A stretch of 21,587 nucleotides of DNA from an uncultured virus (IMG/VR IMGVR_UViG_3300046616_000175). Lineage: Duplodnaviria > Heunggongvirae > Uroviricota > Caudoviricetes. Where the stretch lies: IMG/VR virus record IMGVR_UViG_3300046616_000175; one strand, given 5' to 3'. The stretch's first letter is position 1; the number at the start of each line of letters is the position of its first letter. Position numbers and translations under genes: made by a program. The notes under the pieces are model-generated. The model searched no databases. It was given only the letters and a program-made list of their open reading frames with translations, and had not been told where the DNA came from. This document shows positions 1 through 8,345 of this stretch, piece after piece.

Positions 1-146
1 TGCAGCCCTACTGTTCGTGGTGTGGTAAGACCGAGGACTTGACCGGCGACCACATCACACCGCTGAGCAAGGGCGGCACCAACGAGGCAGCCAACGTGCG
101 TGTCTTGTGTCGCTCATGCAACAGCAGGCGAGGCAACAGGCAGTGA
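1..146 (+). CDS. HNH endonuclease, terminase-associated (HK97 gp74-like), 5'-truncated
   Basis: Not in the ORF track. Frame from base 3 reads QPYCSWCGKTEDLTGDHITPLSKGGTNEAANVRVLCRSCNSRRGNRQ*, showing the CxxC..DHIxPxSxGG..N...LCxxCN HNH signature; lies just upstream of the packaging genes. Confidence 0.9.
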   Translation, partial: QPYCSWCGKTEDLTGDHITPLSKGGTNEAANVRVLCRSCNSRRGNRQ

Positions 147-546
147 CTATGTGCATTCACTCAACACAATGAGTGATGGACATGGGGCGCGGTGGTCCCG
201 ATCACCTCGTCATCTGCTGAGCGGCTGAGGGCACGAGGCCCTGAGAGGCTCTGTGCGGCCCTGTGAGAGGGCGACTCACCCGGGCATACCAGCGACCCAC
301 TCAGAGGCGCTCAGAGGCGCCCTCAGGGGGTATACGGGGACCACACCAGGGGTAGGGGGAGGTCATAAGTCTGAGGCTTGCCCCTCTGGCACCCCCGCCC
401 TCCCCTCGGATTGAATGCCCGCGTAATTGCCCGAACTCGTGGGAGACCTGCTGGTCAAGGCACGGATAGTCACTGATTTCAGCACGTAATCACGTGCTGT
501 TACGTATCGGTGTTGGGGGGATTCCCAAACCGAGCATTTAGAAGGG
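147..546. other. Non-coding region, probable cos/packaging site and late regulatory region
   Basis: 400-bp gap with no listed ORF between HNH and the terS block, the usual position of cos in HNH/P27-terS phages. Contains G-runs, C-runs, CTGAG/CTCAG repeats and inverted repeats. Exact cut site not identifiable. Confidence 0.6.
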
Positions 547-771
547 TTGAAACTCTCCGTGCCTGTTTCTCATGACCCCGTTAAGGGTGGCTGGGCCTCG
601 TCCGGCGCCGTTGCGAACCTGACTCACACTGTGGGCACTGCTGACGGCACCATTGATGACGTTGGCGCCTCGTTCTCTCAGTCGATTCTGAACAACAACT
701 TCAAGGAACTGTCTGCCAAGCTCAACGCGATTCTTGTTGCGCTGAGGGAGGCGGGAAACATCGTTTCGTAG
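547..771 (+). CDS. Head fibre/head decoration-like protein (start may be GTG 559)
   Basis: C-terminal ELSAKLNAILVALREAG resembles the KLNALLxxLxxAG motif of phage head-fibre-family proteins; AGAAGGG at 540-546 fits GTG 559 better than TTG 547. Confidence 0.55.
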   Translation: MKLSVPVSHDPVKGGWASSGAVANLTHTVGTADGTIDDVGASFSQSILNNNFKELSAKLNAILVALREAGNIVS

Positions 772-788
772 CTCGGAGAGGGGGCGTT

Positions 789-1253
789 ATGGCTGCCGGT
801 AGACCACCTAAGCCAACGGCGCTCAAGGCGCTACAGGGTAACCCTGGGAAACGCCCCCTCAACGGCGCTGAGCCGCAGCCCTCGGCTGATATCCCGGAAC
901 CTCCGGTCACTCTCAAGGGTGAGGGTCGCGCTGAGTGGCGCCGTGTGGTCCCTGAGCTTGCCCGACTAGGGCTTGTGACCAAGGTTGACCGGGCTTACCT
1001 CGTCGCCTACTGCTCAGCGTGGGGCACGTTTGAGGCTGCGCGTATCGCGATGGCTGAACATGGCCCCCTCGTCAACGGGCGTGACGGGAACCTCGTCAAG
1101 AATCCGGCGGCTCAGGTCATGCGTGATGCTGCGGACATGATGATTAAGTTTGGCGCTCGCTTTGGCCTCTCGCCTAGTGACCGCTCTCGACTTGCCGTGA
1201 CCCCTCCGATTGAGGACGGGCACGATGCATCGGTTTTGAAGCTACTTAGCTAG
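789..1253 (+). CDS. terS: Terminase small subunit, P27 family
   Basis: GRPPKPTALKALQGNPGKRPLN N-terminus, YC motif, KNPA and FGLSPSDRSRL C-terminal motif; GGAGAGGGGG RBS. Confidence 0.95.
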   Translation: MAAGRPPKPTALKALQGNPGKRPLNGAEPQPSADIPEPPVTLKGEGRAEWRRVVPELARLGLVTKVDRAYLVAYCSAWGTFEAARIAMAEHGPLVNGRDGNLVKNPAAQVMRDAADMMIKFGARFGLSPSDRSRLAVTPPIEDGHDASVLKLLS

Positions 1254-1261
1254 GGGGCACG

Positions 1262-1489
1262 TTGAATCAGTATCAGGTCTACGTCTACAAGGGCGAGCTT
1301 AACCGGAGCGTGAATATCACCGTTCCGAATGGTGTTCGTTCCGGTCGCACTGACGCTGCCGTGCACTCACTCGCTGACGCCATTGAGGCGGACCTTGTTG
1401 ACCTTGCTGAGTACGAGGGCGCGACCCCTTGGCGCACGGTGCAGTACGTGTCTGACGTCGTGACGACTGAGGACGTGCAGAGGGTCTAG
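1262..1489 (+). CDS. Small hypothetical protein between terS and terL
   Basis: 75-aa ORF filling the terS-terL gap; AGGGGG RBS before TTG; codon style matches neighbours. Confidence 0.65.
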   Translation: MNQYQVYVYKGELNRSVNITVPNGVRSGRTDAAVHSLADAIEADLVDLAEYEGATPWRTVQYVSDVVTTEDVQRV

Positions 1490-1498
1490 GGGAGGCAG

Positions 1499-1514
1499 CT
1501 CCCAAATTTGGGAG
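1499..1514. promoter_or_regulatory. Palindromic operator copy 1 (GCAG-CTCCCAAATTTGGGAG-GTGC)
   Basis: Perfect 16-bp palindrome identical at 7 loci; its right arm supplies the GGAGGT RBS of terL. Confidence 0.85.
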
Positions 1515-1522
1515 GTGCTCTC

Positions 1523-3259
1523 TTGCTTCCGGTTTCTCCGTACGGTCCGGCTGAGCCTAAGCCCGGATTCTTTATGTACGACGAGGCCAAAGCGGCTCAC
1601 GCTGTGACGTTCATTGAACGGCTTATCGTCCACACCAAGGGACGGCATGCCGGACATCCGTTCATCCTCGACGAGTGGCAAAAAGAAGAGATCGTAAAGC
1701 CACTGTTCGGCACGATGATGTGGGATGACCAGTACAACGAGCACGTGCGGCAATACCGCATTGCTTGGCTGGAGATGGCCCGCAAGAACGGCAAGAGTGA
1801 ACTACTTTCAGCGTTCGCGCTGCTCGGCCTCGTCGGCGATTTTGAGGAGTCGGCTGAGGTTTACTCGGTTGCTGCTGACCGTGATCAGGCTGGGTTGGTT
1901 TACAACACCGCTAAGCGGATGGTTGAGCTATCGCCGATCCTCAGCAAGCGACTAGAGATCATCGATTCGCGCAAGCGCATCATTGATCGCAAGACGAACA
2001 GTTTTTACCAAGTGCTTCCGGGTGACGCTGCGGGCGCCCTCGGTACCAACCCGTCCATGGTTCTGTTTGACGAGGTGCTGACGCAGAAAGACCGGCATCT
2101 CTGGGATGCGATGCGACAGGGTTTCGGTACCCGGCGTCAGCCGATCATGATTGCGGCAACGACGGCCGCTTACCGCACGGCTGCATTCGCCCTTGAGGAG
2201 CACGAGCACGGGCTACGCGTACGCGATGACCAGAACCTTGACTCAGCCCGGTTTGTGTTCGCGCGGAACGTCCCTGACGAGTGGGATTGGACGGACGAGG
2301 GTGTACCGCCCTCCGAGGAGCACCCAAAGGGGACCGGTTGGTATCTCGCCAATCCGGCGCTTGGCTCGTTCCTGAATATCAACAACTTGCGCGCTGAGGC
2401 GGACGAGGCTAAGCAAAAGCCGACCGCTCAGAACTCTTTCCGAGTGTTCCGCCTTAATCAGTGGGTGTCTCAGGCCAACCGTTGGTTGGACATGCACCTA
2501 TGGGACGTGAACGGCTCAGAGAAGATCACGCGCGAGGCTTTGCGCGGTCGACCTTGTTACGCCGGAATTGACCTTGCGGCAACCGGTGACTTTAACGCTT
2601 GGGTCCTGCTGTTTCCGGGCTCGCCGAACGATCCTGAGGCGGACGGCTGGACAGTCATTCCGCATTTCTGGGTTCCTCGTCCGGCTGTTGCTCGCCGCTC
2701 GAATATGCAAAGCCATTTCGAGGTGTGGGAGCGTGACGGGCACCTCACGGTGACCGAGGGCCCGACGACAGACTTTAACGCTATCTTCCGGCACATCGCG
2801 CGGGACGCTGAGGACTTCCGCATCAAGTTCTTTGGCTACGACCCGTGGAACGCTACGCAGCTTGTGAATGACCTTGAGGCTCAGGGACTTACGGCCGTCA
2901 AGGTGCCTCAGTCAGCGGCCCGGTTGAACGATCCCTGTAAGAAGATCGAGGGTTCGCTAGCGGCCAATGGGCTACGCCACGGCGGGCACCCGGTGCTGCG
3001 TTGGATGGCTGACAACGTTGAGCTTGACGTTACGGGTGATGGCCTCATTCGGCCCTCTAAGGCTCGTTCCGGCGAGAAGATCGACGGCATTGCCGCTCTC
3101 GCTAACGCTTTCTTCCTGACCGCTTTGCCGGACGAGGAAGAGGCTTTCGTGACGTTCCTGAATTTCAACGACAACCTCTCTGACGCTGATCTAGAGGCGC
3201 TATTGACTCCCGCATCTCAGCGGGACCGGGAAGCTCATTTCTTCCCTGACGACGACTAG
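1523..3259 (+). CDS. terL: Terminase large subunit
   Basis: Walker A ARKNGKS, AADRDQA, Walker B VLFDEV, ATTA, LANPALG, GIDLA nuclease, YDPWNA and KIDG motifs. Start moved to in-frame TTG 1523, 6 nt after GGAGGT (track start 1508 lies inside the palindrome). Confidence 0.97.
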   Translation: MLPVSPYGPAEPKPGFFMYDEAKAAHAVTFIERLIVHTKGRHAGHPFILDEWQKEEIVKPLFGTMMWDDQYNEHVRQYRIAWLEMARKNGKSELLSAFALLGLVGDFEESAEVYSVAADRDQAGLVYNTAKRMVELSPILSKRLEIIDSRKRIIDRKTNSFYQVLPGDAAGALGTNPSMVLFDEVLTQKDRHLWDAMRQGFGTRRQPIMIAATTAAYRTAAFALEEHEHGLRVRDDQNLDSARFVFARNVPDEWDWTDEGVPPSEEHPKGTGWYLANPALGSFLNINNLRAEADEAKQKPTAQNSFRVFRLNQWVSQANRWLDMHLWDVNGSEKITREALRGRPCYAGIDLAATGDFNAWVLLFPGSPNDPEADGWTVIPHFWVPRPAVARRSNMQSHFEVWERDGHLTVTEGPTTDFNAIFRHIARDAEDFRIKFFGYDPWNATQLVNDLEAQGLTAVKVPQSAARLNDPCKKIEGSLAANGLRHGGHPVLRWMADNVELDVTGDGLIRPSKARSGEKIDGIAALANAFFLTALPDEEEAFVTFLNFNDNLSDADLEALLTPASQRDREAHFFPDDD

Positions 3260-3267
3260 GAGTCACA

Positions 3268-3459
3268 TTGGAACGGCTGACTAAGTTCAGCCGCTCCCTC
3301 GTCACCTCCCTTACTGCTCAGGTCCCTAACGCATTCCAGCTTGGCGCGTTCGGGTTCGGTGTCACGGCTGCATACGACGTTGCGCGCCCCCTTGGGCACC
3401 TAGCGGCGGCCGTTGCGCTTGGCCTGATCGGTAAGGCTATGGACGGGGGCAAGCGGTGA
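3268..3459 (+). CDS. Small hydrophobic (probable membrane) protein upstream of portal
   Basis: AGGAG RBS, TTG start, two Gly/Ala-rich hydrophobic stretches, GTGA overlap with portal. Confidence 0.7.
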   Translation: MERLTKFSRSLVTSLTAQVPNAFQLGAFGFGVTAAYDVARPLGHLAAAVALGLIGKAMDGGKR

Positions 3460-4754
3460 GCATCTTCTCTCGCATTGGCGACGAGGTGCGGAGCGTCCTA
3501 GCGAGTGCACCGGCCAAGGCTTGGGAGACCGAGTTTCAGAGTCTCGGCACCCGGACCAATTCCGGCCGTCGCGTTAACCGCAAGTCAGCGCTACAGATGA
3601 TCGCTGTCTATTCGTGCATCTCGCTGATTGCGGACGCCATCGCGTCTCTGCCGGTCGACCATTACACCAAGCTCAACGGCAAACGAACCATGTTTGATGG
3701 GTCGCGCTCGCCTCGTTGGGTGCGTCAGCCGAACCCCTATCAGACGGCGTTTGAGTTCTGGCACAGGGTCATTGTCTCGCTGCTGACGGACGGTAACGCG
3801 TTCATCTTCACTGACCGCAATGACCGGGGTGACGTCACAGCGCTGTACGTGCTGCACCCTGAGGACGTCTACATTGTCGAGAAGCCACTAGGGGACAACC
3901 TTTATCAGGTTGCCGGTTTCGAGAAGCTACAGGACCGCTCGCAGATCCTGCATATTCCGGCGTTCACCGTTCCGGGGTGCAGTCGTGGCGTGTCGCCTAT
4001 CGACATTGCGCGCGAGGCTATCGGGCTCGGTCTGACGGCCGAGGAGTACGGCGCCCGGTTCTTTGATCAGGGTACGACCATGGCGGGTGTCATTGAGCAC
4101 CCGGGCACTCCTCGCCCCGACGAGGCAAAGCTACTGCGGGAGATGTTCCGCAAGACACATGCGGGCGTAAAGAACTCGCACTCAATCGGTGTGCTTACCG
4201 GCGGTGCTCAGTTCCGGCCTATCACGCTGACGCCGGAACAAGCGCAGTTCCTCGAAACGCGCCGTTTCCAGAAAACGGAAATTGCGCTCCTGTACCGCAT
4301 TCCCGCTTACCTCGTTGACTCGCAGGTTACGAGCACGTGGGGGAGTGGCATTGAGGAACAGAACAAGTTCTTCGTTGATCAGACCCTTATGCCGTGGCTG
4401 ACGCGCCTTGAGCAGAGTATCTCTACGTTCCTGCTGCCCGGCTTTCAGTACGTGCGCTTCAACGTCGACGCTCGACTACGGGCCAAGACGCTTGACCGCT
4501 ATCACGCGTACGCACAGGCGGTTTCCAACGGCTTTATGAACGCCGATGAGATCAGGGCCCTTGAGGACCTTGAGCCGCTTCCCAAGAAGTTGGGCCAGAA
4601 GTTCTATGTTCCGGCAAACCTCATGGAAGTGACCGGCGAGAAGAAGCCTGCCGCGCAGATAGCGCCCCCGGCCTCTCCGCCCGTGCCACCTCCGCCGGAT
4701 CCGAACGCGCAGCCCGACCAAGCGCCAACGGACCTAGGAGGTACAAGCCCGTGA
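3456..4754 (+). CDS. Portal protein, HK97 family
   Basis: AVYSCISLIADAIASLP, PNPYQT, LLTDGNAF, GVSPI, AQFLETR, IALLYRIP, MNADEIRALEDL motifs; Pro-rich C-terminal tail. Confidence 0.97.
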   Translation: MSIFSRIGDEVRSVLASAPAKAWETEFQSLGTRTNSGRRVNRKSALQMIAVYSCISLIADAIASLPVDHYTKLNGKRTMFDGSRSPRWVRQPNPYQTAFEFWHRVIVSLLTDGNAFIFTDRNDRGDVTALYVLHPEDVYIVEKPLGDNLYQVAGFEKLQDRSQILHIPAFTVPGCSRGVSPIDIAREAIGLGLTAEEYGARFFDQGTTMAGVIEHPGTPRPDEAKLLREMFRKTHAGVKNSHSIGVLTGGAQFRPITLTPEQAQFLETRRFQKTEIALLYRIPAYLVDSQVTSTWGSGIEEQNKFFVDQTLMPWLTRLEQSISTFLLPGFQYVRFNVDARLRAKTLDRYHAYAQAVSNGFMNADEIRALEDLEPLPKKLGQKFYVPANLMEVTGEKKPAAQIAPPASPPVPPPPDPNAQPDQAPTDLGGTSP

Positions 4755-5440
4755 CGCTAGAACGTCGGTCAGTTCCGACTGAATTTGAGGTACGCACTCA
4801 GGGTGACACCTTCCAGTTTTACGGCTACGCGCTCAAGTGGGATGCGCGGAGTCAGAACCTGGGGGGTTTCCGTGAGCGGGTGGCTATGGGGGCCACCTCG
4901 GACAGCATCGGGCGGGACGATATCCGCGCGCTGTTCAACCATGATCCCAACCTCGTGCTTGGCCGGAATCGGTCGGGCACCCTGAGGCTTTCGGAGGATT
5001 CCGAGGGTCTGCATTACGAGGTTGACATGCCTGACACCTCGTACGCCCGTGACCTCACTGAGGCCATGCAGCGCGGTGACGTGAGTCAGTCCTCGTTTGG
5101 TTTCAAGGTTGCCGGGCCGGACGGTCAGGACTTTGCCGAGGACGAGGACGGTTTCCCGCTCCGCACCCTGAGCAAGATTTCCCTCTTTGACGTGAGCCCG
5201 GTGACCTATCCGGCTTACACCGACTCCACTTCCGGAGTTGGCTCCCGCGCGCTTGAGCTACTTGCCGAACAGCGCGGGATTTCTGTTGCGCGGCTGGATT
5301 CGCCGGAAGCGATCCGGGCCGTAATTCGGGGCGAGGACGAGGCCAAGCCTGAGGCTCGCCTGTTCCTCCCTGTGTATTCGCTGCCGACCGATCCCAAGGC
5401 GGCATACGCGGCCCTTACGTCGCCGCTCGAATCCAAGTGA
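4751..5440 (+). CDS. Prohead maturation protease, HK97 family
   Basis: GYA..W, FRERV, ALFNHD, LGR..SGTLRL, SSFGF, LFDVSPVTYPAY motifs; between portal and capsid. Confidence 0.95.
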   Translation: MTLERRSVPTEFEVRTQGDTFQFYGYALKWDARSQNLGGFRERVAMGATSDSIGRDDIRALFNHDPNLVLGRNRSGTLRLSEDSEGLHYEVDMPDTSYARDLTEAMQRGDVSQSSFGFKVAGPDGQDFAEDEDGFPLRTLSKISLFDVSPVTYPAYTDSTSGVGSRALELLAEQRGISVARLDSPEAIRAVIRGEDEAKPEARLFLPVYSLPTDPKAAYAALTSPLESK

Positions 5441-5453
5441 AAGGTTCCTGTTA

Positions 5454-6638
5454 ATGGATTACGCCAAGAAGGCTCAGGACGCGCTTGAGGAGCGCGCCCG
5501 GATCGTTGGTGAGCTGCGCTCGATCAACGATGACGCCACCCTGTCTGAGGCTGAGAAGCGTGAGCGCATTGAGCGTGCGGACGCTGACGCTCAGCGGTAC
5601 GAGGCTGAGGCCCGTGACTACGTTGAGCGCGCTGAGCGTGAGGCGGAGGCTCGTTCCCTTGCCGCGCGTGCCGGAGCTGCTCTGAGCGGCGCTGAGGGCC
5701 GTTCGGCGGGCGGTGGCCGGGACGAGGCCGAGGAACTGCGCGCCATCGGTCGTGGTGAGGTCAAGGGTGTTGACTTTGACATCCGTACCGCAACGTCGGG
5801 CACTGCCGGTAACGCCGGTAACACCAAGCCCACCACGTTTGCCGCTCAGGTCATTGAGGCCATGCGCGTGCGCTCGGACTTCTTCTCTTACGCGCGCACG
5901 CTGACCACGTCCGGCGGCGAGACGATTGAGTACCCCGTCAAGAACGGTCGCCCGACGGCCGCTCAGCAGGCGGAAAACGTCGCGTACGGCAAGAGTGACG
6001 AGTCTTGGACCAAGACCAACATTGGTGCGTACAAGTACGGCATCATTGTTGAGGCCACTCAGGAAATCGTCGACGACTCGGCCCTAGACATCCTCGGCAT
6101 CCTCGCGAATGACGCGGGTGAGGCTGTGGCGGACGCCGTTATGACTGACCTGATGGTTGGTAACGGCACTGGCAAGCCTTGGGGTTGGGTTACCCGCTCG
6201 ACGGGTGCTGTGAACTCCGCGAACCTTGCGGGTGTCACGGCTGACAACCTCATTGACCTACAGCATGCGCTACTGCTGCCGTACCGCCGGAACGCTGTCT
6301 TTATGACCAGTGACACGGCCGTTGCTGCGCTGCGCAAGCTCAAGGACTCGACCGGCCGTTACCTGTGGCAGCCGTCGCTACTCGCGGGTAAGCCTGACAC
6401 CCTCCTAGGTGCTCCGCTGATCACGGACCCGAACTTTGTTACTACCGGTTCGGGCGCCAAGATCATGGTTTACGGTGACCCGTCCAAGTACCTGATCCGG
6501 CAGGCTAAGGCGCTGCGGGTGGTCCGTTCCGACGAGTACGGCTTTGACCGTGACGTCGTGGCGTTCAAGGTCACGTGGCGCGGTTCCGGCGACCTATTCG
6601 ACACCGCGAGTGTCAAGGCGCTGACCGTTACCGCCTAA
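5454..6638 (+). CDS. Major capsid protein, HK97 fold with N-terminal coiled-coil delta (scaffold) domain
   Basis: Charged helical first ~110 aa; GNGTGKPWG, LRKLKDSTGRYLWQP, TLLGAP, YGD motifs. Confidence 0.96.
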   Translation: MDYAKKAQDALEERARIVGELRSINDDATLSEAEKRERIERADADAQRYEAEARDYVERAEREAEARSLAARAGAALSGAEGRSAGGGRDEAEELRAIGRGEVKGVDFDIRTATSGTAGNAGNTKPTTFAAQVIEAMRVRSDFFSYARTLTTSGGETIEYPVKNGRPTAAQQAENVAYGKSDESWTKTNIGAYKYGIIVEATQEIVDDSALDILGILANDAGEAVADAVMTDLMVGNGTGKPWGWVTRSTGAVNSANLAGVTADNLIDLQHALLLPYRRNAVFMTSDTAVAALRKLKDSTGRYLWQPSLLAGKPDTLLGAPLITDPNFVTTGSGAKIMVYGDPSKYLIRQAKALRVVRSDEYGFDRDVVAFKVTWRGSGDLFDTASVKALTVTA

Positions 6639-6661
6639 TCAGCGGTTCGAGGGGTGGGCAG

Positions 6662-6677
6662 CTCCCAAATTTGGGAG
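6662..6677. promoter_or_regulatory. Palindromic operator copy 2 (GCAG-core-TTGC)
   Basis: Exact core in the intergenic gap after the capsid gene; stem extends to 6651-6688 with G-U pairs. Confidence 0.85.
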
Positions 6678-6703
6678 TTGCTCGCCCCCTTGGAAGGGAT
6701 TAC

Positions 6704-6916
6704 GTGAGAGTCAAGATTACTGAGCATGTGCCGGGGCTACTCGACGGCAACCCGTTCCCCGCTGAGGGTTCGGTTGTGACGCTGCCCGTTGGTCTGGCTA
6801 TGTCGCTCGTCAATGACAACCGCGCTGAGCCTGTGGGAGGCCCTGAGGGGCCCGAGAGGGCGTCAGCGGCAGCACCCGAGACCCGTAAGGTCACCCGGGC
6901 TCGCAAGACGGCGTAA
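6704..6916 (+). CDS. Small virion-associated hypothetical protein (70 aa)
   Basis: In-frame GTG 6704 after GGAAGGG; GSVVTLPVGLAMSLV..RAEPV pattern and basic tail typical of small post-capsid genes. Track start 6575 overlaps the capsid gene and the operator. Confidence 0.7.
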   Translation: MRVKITEHVPGLLDGNPFPAEGSVVTLPVGLAMSLVNDNRAEPVGGPEGPERASAAAPETRKVTRARKTA

Positions 6917-6925
6917 GGGGGCACT

Positions 6926-7756
6926 GTGCGGTTTCTGAGCGGTAGGGCTATCAGCCTGACCCATACGTTTCTCGATGATGAAACGGTCTTGGTGCCCTCG
7001 GCCGTGGCTGTGACCGTGCAGGATGCTTCCGGCGCAACGGTGTTCACCGGCGCTGCCGTCAACACTGCCGGTACGTGGGGTGTGTCCGTACCGGTCAAGC
7101 CCCTCGGTGCCTACACAGTCACTTGGGACGGGGGCTCAACTGCCGTCGATAGCACGGCGTTTGAGGTAGTCGGTAGCTTCCTGTTCACCGTGCCCGACGC
7201 GCGCGGTTCGGACATGGACCTTGCCGACGCAACTAGGTTTCCGGCGGGGGACATCCGCCATTACCGGGAAGTGGTTGAGGACGAGTTCCAAACCATCACC
7301 GGCCGTAGCTTCACGCGGCGAGTGAGGCGATTTGAGTTCAGCGGCGACGGATCGCAGACGGTCATTGTGCCGCTGTTCGATGTGACCGCCGTGACGGCCG
7401 TCAGTGACGGTTCTAGCGCCCTCGGGGTGACCGGGTGGGTACTTTCCCCGTCCGGGGTCCTACAGGCGCCCTATGAGTTCACTGAGGGCGTTACGTACAC
7501 CCTCACGCTTGAGTACGGCGTGCCGTATCCGCCGGATGACATCAAGCGGGCGGGGCTCCTGAGGCTGCGTTCACTGCTGACCGCTGAGCGTTCCGGCATC
7601 CCGGATCGGGCTACGGCGTTCGTGGCTTCCGAGGGTGGCAACTTCACTCTTGCCGTGGCTGGTCGCAACGGCTATGAGACCGGCATCCCCGACGTTGACG
7701 CGATTCTCAACCGGTACAAGTACCGGATTGTTAACGACGTGTTCGGGGTGGCGTGA
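6926..7756 (+). CDS. Head-to-tail adaptor with N-terminal beta-rich (Ig-like) extension
   Basis: TITGRSF, YG...PPDDIKRA, TGIPDVDAILNRY motifs of actinophage adaptors; first ~80 aa beta-strand rich (GAYTVTW). Confidence 0.75.
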   Translation: MRFLSGRAISLTHTFLDDETVLVPSAVAVTVQDASGATVFTGAAVNTAGTWGVSVPVKPLGAYTVTWDGGSTAVDSTAFEVVGSFLFTVPDARGSDMDLADATRFPAGDIRHYREVVEDEFQTITGRSFTRRVRRFEFSGDGSQTVIVPLFDVTAVTAVSDGSSALGVTGWVLSPSGVLQAPYEFTEGVTYTLTLEYGVPYPPDDIKRAGLLRLRSLLTAERSGIPDRATAFVASEGGNFTLAVAGRNGYETGIPDVDAILNRYKYRIVNDVFGVA

Positions 7757-8178
7757 TGGCGACCAATGCACTTGCTGTAAAGGCTGCGTTGCGTGACCTC
7801 GTCAAGGCGCAGCCTGAACTAACCGGCTATCAGATCACGTGGGGCTACCCGACGAGGGGCCCTGAGCGCCGTTGGGTGTTCGTGGGCGACGTCGATTGGG
7901 ATGATTCCCAGTGGGTGACGCTGAGGAGCCGAGAAGAGGCTTTCAGCATAAGCGTTGTCCTCAACTGCCAACTCTCCGCCGGTACTTCCGAGGAGGTTGA
8001 GCTAGAGATTCAGCGCATGGCGACCGGAATTGAGAACGGCCTAAAGGCCAATCCGTCGCTCGGTCTCTCGTCGGTCGTGAATAGCGATTTCGTGCCCAAG
8101 AAGCTTGTCAGCTTCCCAACCGATGGCGCGTACGAGGGTCAGTTTGAGTGCGTCCTACGTGTGAAAGCGAGGCTTTAA
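7756..8178 (+). CDS. Tail terminator/tail completion protein
   Basis: About 140 aa, upstream of the tail tube gene; LKANPSLG motif. Start GTG 7753 or ATG 7756. Confidence 0.6.
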   Translation: MATNALAVKAALRDLVKAQPELTGYQITWGYPTRGPERRWVFVGDVDWDDSQWVTLRSREEAFSISVVLNCQLSAGTSEEVELEIQRMATGIENGLKANPSLGLSSVVNSDFVPKKLVSFPTDGAYEGQFECVLRVKARL

Positions 8179-8180
8179 GA

Positions 8181-8345
8181 GTGGCGACGCTTGTTTATGA
8201 GGGTCCGTACGGCGCTGTTGACGTGCCCTCGATTGGGGTCACGGCCACAAAGGGTGAGCCGGTCGAGATAGACGAGGCTGTTGCTGAGTCGCTGATCCGG
8301 CAGGGTTGGCGTGAGGTCACGGCCAAGAAGGGTGAGGCCAAGTAG
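8181..8345 (+). CDS. Small hypothetical virion-cluster protein (54 aa)
   Basis: In-frame GTG 8181 just after the upstream TAA, with GAGG RBS; GEPVEIDEAVAESLIRQGW. Confidence 0.7.
   Translation: MATLVYEGPYGAVDVPSIGVTATKGEPVEIDEAVAESLIRQGWREVTAKKGEAK

Noticed and set aside
1508..1522. Track start codons at 1508 and 16404 (TTG inside the palindrome), and at 6575, 8148 and 18373
   Set aside because: They lie inside the operator or overlap upstream genes; in-frame starts at 1523, 16434, 6704, 8181 and 18457 have properly spaced SD sequences.
4579..4594. TTCCCAAGAAGTTGGG in the portal gene as an eighth operator
   Set aside because: Centre is 2 nt longer than the invariant core, outer arms do not match, and it simply encodes PKKLG.
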